NCBI GenBank assembly: GCA_034190395.1
Contig: JAXINS010000021.1
Span: forward strand, 51,230-115,229
DNA from: Candidatus Chewarchaeum aethiopicum
GTDB lineage: Archaea; Halobacteriota; Halobacteria; Halobacteriales; Hikarchaeaceae
Direction: 5' to 3'
Length of the DNA stretch: 64,000 bases
A program made the position numbers and the translations under genes. The notes under the pieces were generated by a model. It did no database searches. It saw nothing but the letters and a program-made list of their open reading frames with translations, and was not told where the DNA came from. Within the stretch, counting starts at the first letter, position 1, and every line of letters starts with the position of its first letter. Shown here in pieces: positions 30,196 to 37,434 of the stretch.

Positions 30196-30764
30196 GTCTG
30201 GACTGGCCCGTCGCCATCGAGGGCGTGACCGAGTCGATCGCCGCCACGTTGGGTCCGAACGACCGCTGGAATCTGGCCGCCCTTGGTCTTCATGCCGGCG
30301 ACCCCGTTACCGCCCGGACATGGGGCCATACGCGAACGCGAGGCAACTTCGAGCGACAGGGCGGAGGTTATATCGTCTTTGCTGCCGATCCGGTGTTGTT
30401 CGTCGAGGCCGCCCTGGGGATCCGTGAGGCCGACCGTCCCGTCCCCGAGGGGGCTGACGCGTGGGCCGCTATCGACGTCGAACGGATCGACACCGGAACG
30501 AGTGACGGAACCGACTGGGCGGAGTGGGCGCTCACGCCGACGGAAACCGGTATCGAACGTGAACGGGTCCCGACGATCAATCGTGGCTACAACGCGGTGA
30601 TCGAGGCCACCGTCGCGGCCTCCCGGCTCGATGTCGATGCCTACGACACGGCAACGTTGCTCGACCGATTGGCGTACCTCGAATCGGTCACCCGTCGTTG
30701 TGGCGGCGATCGTGATCGGGCGGCGTTCGATCGATTGAACGATCTGGTCGATCGTCCGGAGTGA
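30192..30764 (+). CDS. DUF447-family protein (FMN-binding split-barrel-like)
   Basis: 4-nt overlap (ATGA) with the CitG-like gene. ..VTESIAATLGPNDRWNLAALGLH.. followed by ..TRGNFERQGGGYIVF.. matches my recollection of DUF447. Confidence 0.6.
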   Translation: MSLDWPVAIEGVTESIAATLGPNDRWNLAALGLHAGDPVTARTWGHTRTRGNFERQGGGYIVFAADPVLFVEAALGIREADRPVPEGADAWAAIDVERIDTGTSDGTDWAEWALTPTETGIERERVPTINRGYNAVIEATVAASRLDVDAYDTATLLDRLAYLESVTRRCGGDRDRAAFDRLNDLVDRPE

Positions 30765-30835
30765 TCGGTTCGACCAGCTCGGACGTCGACGGCGGACACG
30801 GTCGTACCCACCCGATCGCTTTCCGATTAGATGGG

Positions 30836-30842
30836 TTTATCA
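30836..30842 (+). promoter_or_regulatory. TATA-like box for rps17e
   Basis: TTTATCA is centred ~27 nt upstream of the ATG at 30866. Confidence 0.4.
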
Positions 30843-30865
30843 ACGGCAATCAAGAATGAACGGAC

Positions 30866-31060
30866 ATGGCAATCAAACCGGCCTACGTCAAAAACCTCGC
30901 AACGACACTGCTTGAACGCTATCCGGAGGCGTTCTCGACTGACTTCGAGCAGAACAAAGAAAGCGTCGCCGAGCTGACGAACATCGATTCGAAGGGCGTC
31001 CGTAACCGGGTTGCGGGGTATGTCACCCGCAAGAAACAGTCCCAGCAGGCGACCGCGTAG
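30866..31060 (+). CDS. rps17e: 30S ribosomal protein S17e
   Basis: MAIKPAYVKNLATTLLERYPEAFSTDFEQNK..VRNRVAGYVTRK. Confidence 0.9.
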   Translation: MAIKPAYVKNLATTLLERYPEAFSTDFEQNKESVAELTNIDSKGVRNRVAGYVTRKKQSQQATA

Positions 31061-31126
31061 GCCCTACCGTACGGCGAGGACGGCCGGATCACAACCGTTT
31101 TGCCATCTGTCGCGATATCCTCCCGC

Positions 31127-32161
31127 ATGACTACGACCGTCGGCATCGTCGGAGCGACCGGAGCCGTTGGCCAACGGTTCGTTCAATTGCTCGACGGCCA
31201 TCCCGGATTCGAAATTGGTGCTCTGACCGCGAGTTCCGAAAGTGCGGGCACCCCATATCACGCGGCCGCAAAGTGGCGTATCGATACCCCGATCCCCGAC
31301 ACAGTCGCCGATATGACGGTCCGGGAGACGACACCCGACGCCGTGCCGGATGACCTCGATTTGCTCTTTTCGTCGCTTCCGTCAGGCGTCGCCGAGGAAG
31401 TCGAACCCCGGTTCTGTGAAGCGGGTTACGTGGTTTCCTCGAACTCCTCGAACGAACGGCTGGCCGATGATGTGCCGCTGGTCATCCCGGAGGTGAACCA
31501 CGATCACCTCGAGCTGATCGAAGTCCAGCGTCAGGAACGCGGCTGGGACGGGGCCCTGATCAAAAACCCCAACTGTTCGACGATTACGATGGTGCCGACG
31601 CTTGCAGCTCTCGATGAATTCGGGCTCGAGCGGATCACCGTCTCGACGCTCCAAGCTGTGTCCGGGGCCGGTTACTCGGGCGTGACCTCGATGGAGATTA
31701 TCGACAACGTCCTCCCGTACATCGGCGGTGAAGAGGAGAAAATGGAGACCGAATCCCGGAAACTTCTCGGAACCCCATCGGCTGACGGCGTCGACTGGCA
31801 CGATGTTACGGTTTCGGCGTCCTGTAATCGCGTCCCGACGATCGACGGCCATCTGGAGAACGTCTGGGTTGGCCTCAACGAGGACGTCTCCGTCGAGACG
31901 GCCGCCGAGGCAATGCGGGCGGCGCCATCGCTCGATCTCCCCCATTCGCCGGAGCCGTTGATCGAGGTATTCGAGGATCCCGACCGGCCACAACCCCGGC
32001 TCGATCGGATGCTCGGGGACGGCATGCAGATCGCGGTTGGTGGCATCCAAGCAACCGAGAGCGGGCTCCAATACGACTGTCTGGCGCATAATACGATCCG
32101 CGGGGCCGCCGGTGCCAGCCTGCTTAACGGCGAATTGCTCGTCGAAGAAGGGTGGATCTGA
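31127..32161 (+). CDS. asd: aspartate-semialdehyde dehydrogenase
   Basis: MTTTVGIVGATGAVGQRFVQLL (10th codon of the track ORF); active-site NPNCSTI; ..LQAVSGAGYSGV... Confidence 0.9.
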   Translation: MTTTVGIVGATGAVGQRFVQLLDGHPGFEIGALTASSESAGTPYHAAAKWRIDTPIPDTVADMTVRETTPDAVPDDLDLLFSSLPSGVAEEVEPRFCEAGYVVSSNSSNERLADDVPLVIPEVNHDHLELIEVQRQERGWDGALIKNPNCSTITMVPTLAALDEFGLERITVSTLQAVSGAGYSGVTSMEIIDNVLPYIGGEEEKMETESRKLLGTPSADGVDWHDVTVSASCNRVPTIDGHLENVWVGLNEDVSVETAAEAMRAAPSLDLPHSPEPLIEVFEDPDRPQPRLDRMLGDGMQIAVGGIQATESGLQYDCLAHNTIRGAAGASLLNGELLVEEGWI

Positions 32162-32209
32162 CCGCACTGAGTCGATCGACACCCCGTTTGGTGGCCGTAT
32201 TTTGTGAAG

Positions 32210-32974
32210 TTAGCTCGTTCGGCAGGACAGCACCCCCCTCTCTTCGAAGCTTGACGATAAAGACTGGATCGTCTGTTGGGTGAGGTTTTTGACCGCTCGT
32301 CGAAACCGCTCGGAAGCCGCCGTCTCGGAAATACCGAGCCGTTCCGCGAGATCAGCGAGCGCCGTCTCGCGGGGAATCTCCAAAAAGCCACACTCGACCG
32401 CCTCGATGAGAATCTCCTGTTGGGGCTCGGTTAGCTTCGGTCCATCACTCCCGATCCAATCGGTCCGTTCGTACAGACTGTGAAACGTCCAGTCGATATC
32501 TTGTGTCCGATAGAACCGATAGATCTCTTCGGCGGCTTCACGGTCAGGGAGTTGTACCCGACACCGCCACCCATCGCAGGTACCGATTGCCCGCTGGAGT
32601 AATCCACCGACTTCGTTCGTCTTCAGCGAGAGGTTCGTCTCCTGACCGCGCTCGGTCAAATCGACACAATAGAGACGACGGTCTTCGGTCGCCGAAAGCA
32701 CCTCCGGCCGTTTCGTCCCCGGATCGGCATCAACCGCGGCCTCGAACGCCTCGAAGTCATCACACCGTACCCAGACGATCATCTGTTTCGGACCGGCGAG
32801 CTGGTCGGACGTCTGTTCCCACACGATCTCGACCTCGGGAAGCGCTCGAAACGGTTCACGGAAAATCGGATGATCCAGCTTGACCTCCTCTCGGCCCTTC
32901 AGGGCGGAGATTCCCACGTTGGGAGTTGAAGGTTTGCAGTCCGGTCGGCATGACCGGACTCCTGGCGGGGCCAA
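32210..32974 (-). CDS. HTH_10 (Bat/DmsR-type) transcription regulator, start uncertain
   Basis: C-terminal LTEPQQEILIEAVECGFLEIPRETALADLAERLGISETAASERFRRA. The family-typical N-terminus begins near ..VKLDHPIFREPF... The 25-30 residues upstream (MAPPGVRSCRPDCKPSTPN..) are basic, Cys-rich and atypical. The GTG at 32918 is an alternative start. Confidence 0.75.
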   Translation of the reverse strand: MAPPGVRSCRPDCKPSTPNVGISALKGREEVKLDHPIFREPFRALPEVEIVWEQTSDQLAGPKQMIVWVRCDDFEAFEAAVDADPGTKRPEVLSATEDRRLYCVDLTERGQETNLSLKTNEVGGLLQRAIGTCDGWRCRVQLPDREAAEEIYRFYRTQDIDWTFHSLYERTDWIGSDGPKLTEPQQEILIEAVECGFLEIPRETALADLAERLGISETAASERFRRAVKNLTQQTIQSLSSSFEERGVLSCRTS

Positions 32975-33844
32975 GCCGCTGTTACTCCTATCCCGGCATG
33001 GGATTCAGAGTTACCGTACTTGTTGGAATCCACAACCAGCGGTCCGAAGGGGAGTTCTTCAGACATGGTGTGGCCCGAATCCCGATATTATCCGTTTACG
33101 TGGGCGGCACAACCGCCTCGGTGTGGGCATCCTCCGTCTCGATTGAGGATAAAACTCAGGGATGGTGAAATCATGTGGATCGACTCCCCTGGTGTCGGCT
33201 TCATCCCCGCGCTAAAGCGCGAGGCTCTCGCCTTGAATTTCCGTAAATTCGGCGATGATCACGTTCTCCCACCCGCTAACTGATCATATTCCAGCAACAC
33301 TGATAAAACACCGGAGAATTCCGGTGGTATTCATTTACCGGTTATGCTTATGGATACTACCGAGTGGGTCTCCGATAGCAGTCACCATCGCTGGACTCGG
33401 GTCACCACCGTTCAAACGAAAGGGGAGGCTCGATCTCGAATCATGAGGGGAGGGCGAACGAAACACACCGAATCGATACCCGCTCGGATATCGATTCGTT
33501 GGACCCAAGAACCGAGACAGACCGGAGTCCTACGGGTGGCTCACCCCGGATCCCACTCAATACTCCCGATATCCGTGTCCGTCCATGCGGTCTATCGGCT
33601 GACAGTTCGGCGTACCTCCGAACCCACGTTGCGATGGGTCGCCTGGGGTGATGCGGACTGCCCTCGCTGATGTCGAATGGAAACGGGGGGAGGGGACATC
33701 CACGACCCCGACGTGGATTTTTCCGCCATCGATTGGATCGATCGCACCTTGCATAGTGATGGGTACGATGTCCCTTCTTTGGGGAACAGGCAGCCCCGTG
33801 CCGTGGGCAAGGCTGAGGCCACGAGGAATGTCGCAGGTAGGGCC
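32975..33844. other. unassigned ~870-bp non-coding region with depressed GC and multiple hairpins
   Basis: All six-frame ORFs here are basic, Cys/Arg-rich and unlike the acidic proteome. I counted 30/60 GC for 33241-33300 and 24/60 for 33301-33360. There is a perfect 10-bp stem at 33469-33498 and a 7-bp stem plus T5 at 33698-33722. Confidence 0.5.
33698..33722 (+). terminator. hairpin followed by T5 (candidate plus-strand terminator)
   Basis: ATCCACG-accccga-CGTGGAT runs directly into TTTTT. No plus-strand CDS ends here. Confidence 0.3.
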
Positions 33845-35587
33845 TCACTCGCCGTAGGCGTCGATGAACCGTGTTGTGGCCGCCCGGGCCCGTTCGATCC
33901 GATGGCCGAGTTTTGCTTTCCCACGCTGGATCGTCGTCTCGGCGAACCGCCGGTCACGACCCTGTAATTCCGGCAGGTCCTCGGCAACGCGCAGATAGGG
34001 AAGTCGTTTATGCGGGAGGGCCGGATCCTGTTCGTAATCCGGCTCCTCCATGTACAGCGCTGGGATCAGTTGGTTGCCCAACTCCACTTGGAGGTCTTCG
34101 GCGGCCGCGGCGACGTCAGCATCGGTTCCCGCCCGCTCGTTGATGATCCCGTTGGCCCGTTTGAGTGCCCCTCGAAGAGCGTTCAACCGCATGTCGAGAT
34201 CGTCGAACGCAACTGCCTCCCCGGCTTCATCGGCGATCGCATCGAGCACTGCTCGGATGTCCTCAACCGTGGCCGTATAATCGTGGGGTAATACGGGTGA
34301 TTCACAGATCCGACAGGACAGCGCCAGGTAGAGCTTGATCTCCTCGGTGAGTACGTCGAGGTCGACCTTATCGAGCGTGTCAGCGGGTGTGTGCCACCAC
34401 CAGCCGCCGCCGACGGGGCCGCCTTCCTCGGTTCCCGGGGTCAATCGGCCGCCGGAGAGCAGCGACGACAGGCCTGTACCCCAGAACGATTGGTCGGAGT
34501 TGCGACTGGGTCGATCCGTACTCCCCAGGATACTGTCCTCCGGTTCCTGGAGGGAGAATCGGGTGATTTCGGCGGCATCGAGCTGTTCGTCCTCGAGTTC
34601 GGCCATGTGTGTTGTCGACAGCGAGTCGGCGCCTTTGAGCCCATTGAGATCGAGATGGAGATAGGCGACACCGTTGTCACGTAGGTCGAGCCAGTGTTCG
34701 TCGTTGTACCAGGTGCTTCCCGCGTACCGGCCCGTCGAGTGGGCCGACCAGAAACCAAAGACTAGGCCGCGGTTGGGTTCCCGGTCGGCGAAGATCCGGG
34801 CGATCTCTAAGGTTGCCGCCATCGCCGTCGCGTTGTCGGTCAACCCTTCGTGCCAGGAATCGACGTGGTTGCCGATCACGAAGTATCGATCGCTTTCGGC
34901 GCCATCGATTTTCCCAACAGGACAGGGTAGCGTCGTCAGCTCGGTCGTTACTGCGGTGGTGATCGTCGCCTCGACCGGTCCGTGTGCCAGCCGCTCACGT
35001 AACCAGTCGCCGTCGGTCTGTTTGATCTCGACGACCGGCAGCTCCGGCAGCCGATCCGCCGTCTTCGTACTGGGGGTCCCCCAGATCGGTGTGACGATCA
35101 TCTCGTGGAGATAGCCTTCCGTGACCGACTCCATGATCAATCCCGCGGCACCGGCCGTTTCGAGATGGTTTACCGCGTCGGGGGTCGGGAGCCCGCGGCT
35201 GAACACCAGTTTGTTTTCGACGACCGCTGGATCGACCGACTCCGCATCGATCTCCCCGAGGTGGACGACCTCGCCGTGAATCCCGCTCGGCGGGGTACTG
35301 GCCGAAAAGGAAGTCGTGATCGCGTCGTCGATCCGGCGGCCCGTCGGGGTCGTCACTTCGACACTCGCCTCTTCGGGGACGCTGATGTAGCCCTCGTATT
35401 CGTGCAGCGTGGCGTCGACGCCGTACTCCTCGAGCGTTTCGATCACATATTCGCTGGCCTCCCACTCGTCGGCGGTCCCCGAGACTCGTTCGAGCCCGTC
35501 GAACACCTCGAGATGGCGCTGGAGTTCCTCACGATCGATCTCGTCGAGTAGCTGGTCTTCGGTTTCCCGGTCGATCGGCTCAAGCAT
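33845..35587 (-). CDS. M28-family metallopeptidase with PA domain
   Basis: 580 aa. The zinc-ligand region ..IGNHVDSWHEGLTDNATAMA.. and ..FWSAHSTGRYAGSTWY.. are present, with a PA-like insert and a C-terminal helical domain similar to transferrin-receptor-like peptidases. Confidence 0.75.
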   Translation of the reverse strand: MLEPIDRETEDQLLDEIDREELQRHLEVFDGLERVSGTADEWEASEYVIETLEEYGVDATLHEYEGYISVPEEASVEVTTPTGRRIDDAITTSFSASTPPSGIHGEVVHLGEIDAESVDPAVVENKLVFSRGLPTPDAVNHLETAGAAGLIMESVTEGYLHEMIVTPIWGTPSTKTADRLPELPVVEIKQTDGDWLRERLAHGPVEATITTAVTTELTTLPCPVGKIDGAESDRYFVIGNHVDSWHEGLTDNATAMAATLEIARIFADREPNRGLVFGFWSAHSTGRYAGSTWYNDEHWLDLRDNGVAYLHLDLNGLKGADSLSTTHMAELEDEQLDAAEITRFSLQEPEDSILGSTDRPSRNSDQSFWGTGLSSLLSGGRLTPGTEEGGPVGGGWWWHTPADTLDKVDLDVLTEEIKLYLALSCRICESPVLPHDYTATVEDIRAVLDAIADEAGEAVAFDDLDMRLNALRGALKRANGIINERAGTDADVAAAAEDLQVELGNQLIPALYMEEPDYEQDPALPHKRLPYLRVAEDLPELQGRDRRFAETTIQRGKAKLGHRIERARAATTRFIDAYGE

Positions 35588-35741
35588 AGACCGTCCAATC
35601 GCGGGTCCCGGACTTAATTGTTACAACCCGATTTGGTGTGACCGAGCCGACCGTTTCAACACGTCGATCCATTCCCGGGGGTTCACCATCGGCGTTGATC
35701 AAGCCCCGTAGTTTTTGATACCTACCAGTATAGGATAGGAC

Positions 35742-36386
35742 ATGGCCGATGATACCGACGCCGGTCGTGACAACGAGCTGTCGGCGACGGAGACCGACCG
35801 CTTCTCGGCGACGACCGATGACGAGACACCCATTGAAGTCGGCGATTTTCGCGAAAAACACGTCCGCATCGTCACCGATGACGGCGAGGAAATCGACCAC
35901 AGCTCGGTGTATTTCAAACACTCGGCGACGGAGTTTATTGTCTCACAGGATCCGGACTTTCCACCCGAAGACACCGAACGGTATTCGAAGGATGAGGTCG
36001 CAACCGCCGAAATCACCCAACACCATTCGGCGTGTTTCATTACGACCGCCACGACTGGCAGTGGGTCGACGCTTGAGCGGCTTCGTATCTTCCGTGATGA
36101 GGCCCTTTCGGCGTCACCGATCGGCCGGGGCTGTATCGCGCTCTACTACGCGGTGAGTCCCCCTATCGCCGCTACGCTGGACCGATACCCACAAAGCGTG
36201 CCGACACGGGTCGTCCGGTGGCTCGTCCACCGATGCGGGGACCTCGCGGCTCGTCGCGGGGAAACCCGTTCGTCACTCCGACGGGCGGGGTTTTCAACGA
36301 TTCTCGTTGGGCTGTATATGATTGGCATCGTGCTAGCCGGCGTGGGTCATCTGGGCCTTCGATGTCGGGAGTTCCTTACCGTGTGA
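35742..36386 (+). CDS. CFI-box-CTERM-type protein with acidic cytosolic-looking N-terminal domain
   Basis: ..HHSACFITTATTGSGSTLERLRIFRDEALSASPIGRGCIALYYAVSPPIAATL.. matches the CFI-box motif (C-F-I-x-T-A .. LR.FRDE .. YY..SPP.A). It is followed by a C-terminal TM helix. No signal peptide is seen. Confidence 0.6.
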   Translation: MADDTDAGRDNELSATETDRFSATTDDETPIEVGDFREKHVRIVTDDGEEIDHSSVYFKHSATEFIVSQDPDFPPEDTERYSKDEVATAEITQHHSACFITTATTGSGSTLERLRIFRDEALSASPIGRGCIALYYAVSPPIAATLDRYPQSVPTRVVRWLVHRCGDLAARRGETRSSLRRAGFSTILVGLYMIGIVLAGVGHLGLRCREFLTV

Positions 36387-36917
36387 TCACCGTCGGTAGA
36401 ACCGTCGAATGCTCTCCAGCGGCGTGAAGCCGAGTTCGTATTTGACATCACAGGCGAGCTCGTGGTTGCTCGCCGTTTCGCGGAGTTCGTCGGCCAGCGC
36501 CTCGAACTCGATGTCATCGTGGAGCCGATAGGCGTGAGACGCTTCCCTTGCCGGGTAGATCGCCAATTTCGGTCGTCCCATCCAGCTGCCGTCATAGAGA
36601 ACGATCCGGTCGATGGCGTCGTAACTGAACCAGTAGACCGAGTCCGCCCGGAGGAGCACCTCATCGAGCCCATGGATGTCGTAGATCGCCTGCATCGAGG
36701 CGGCTTCACGCCGATGACGCTTGGCCCCAAGGCCGAACATCGGCGTGATGTAGGCATATTCGGCGATATGGAGGCCGTCGTCGGCAAAGAAAATCTCCGC
36801 CATCCGGAGGGGGAACGAGCCGGTCATCCCAAAGTGGACGTGGGTTTCGACCTCGATCGCCGTTGAGGGAAACTGGTCGACATCGTCGGGATCGATGTCC
36901 ATCTCCTCGATCGACAT
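36387..36917 (-). CDS. hypothetical protein
   Basis: 176-aa acidic ORF lying 6 nt downstream of the preceding minus-strand gene. I recognise no family. Confidence 0.5.
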   Translation of the reverse strand: MSIEEMDIDPDDVDQFPSTAIEVETHVHFGMTGSFPLRMAEIFFADDGLHIAEYAYITPMFGLGAKRHRREAASMQAIYDIHGLDEVLLRADSVYWFSYDAIDRIVLYDGSWMGRPKLAIYPAREASHAYRLHDDIEFEALADELRETASNHELACDVKYELGFTPLESIRRFYRR

Positions 36918-36923
36918 GCCGGA

Positions 36924-37367
36924 TCACTCTCCAATGCCCGTGTCGGTCGGTTGGTTTCCGTTCCCCCGGTCTCGCCGGAACGCCATCGCCCCGAAGAGAT
37001 ACGAGCCGATGATAAAGAGGATCCCCACGAGCGTGTTGACCTCGAGAGTCACATAGATGCCGACGGCGACCCCGATGACCGCCATACCGACGGCAAGGCG
37101 AACGGCGAGGTCGTACTCGCGGTCCTCGTGGCTGCCTCCGTCGTCGCGGCCCCGCACGCGACGTTCGGCGAGGTAGGTCAGGATCATAAACAACAGCGTC
37201 ACCACCACGATGACGGTCCTGGTCTCCGGTGCCAGCCTGATGTCGGTGAACGTTCGCAATCCCCGCGGGATGAGGATGGCGATCAGGCCGCCGATATAAA
37301 TCGGCAACCGATTGGCGTACAGAAACTGCGTGAGTGCCGTCATCCCCGAGCCCTGGTTGGAAGCCAT
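36924..37367 (-). CDS. small membrane protein (4 predicted TM)
   Basis: 147 aa with hydrophobic helices (..LPIYIGGLIAILI.., ..VIVVVTLLFMILTYL.., ..VGMAVIGVAVGIYV.., ..LVGILFIIGSYLFGA..). Confidence 0.55.
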   Translation of the reverse strand: MASNQGSGMTALTQFLYANRLPIYIGGLIAILIPRGLRTFTDIRLAPETRTVIVVVTLLFMILTYLAERRVRGRDDGGSHEDREYDLAVRLAVGMAVIGVAVGIYVTLEVNTLVGILFIIGSYLFGAMAFRRDRGNGNQPTDTGIGE

Positions 37368-37434
37368 GCGCTACGAGTGGTTCGTGAGTGGGCCTAAAAA
37401 ATTGGGGTGCTACTTGGACGGGCGAGCCGGTCGA

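Noticed and set aside
33208-33221. Calling an IS200/IS605 omega-RNA or MITE from the CGCGC-TAAA-GCGCG hairpin and similar short hairpins.
   Set aside because: 4-5-bp GC hairpins are common in GC-rich DNA, and the two motif copies are only loosely similar. I kept this as a hypothesis within a finding, not as a feature.
32975-33844. The possibility that the gap encodes RNase P RNA, SRP RNA or a tRNA.
   Set aside because: I found no GAGGAAAGUCC-type CR-I element on either strand, no tRNA T-arm (GGTTCRAATCC with a matching stem), and no resemblance to haloarchaeal 7S RNA as I recall it. It remains 'unknown' rather than a named RNA.
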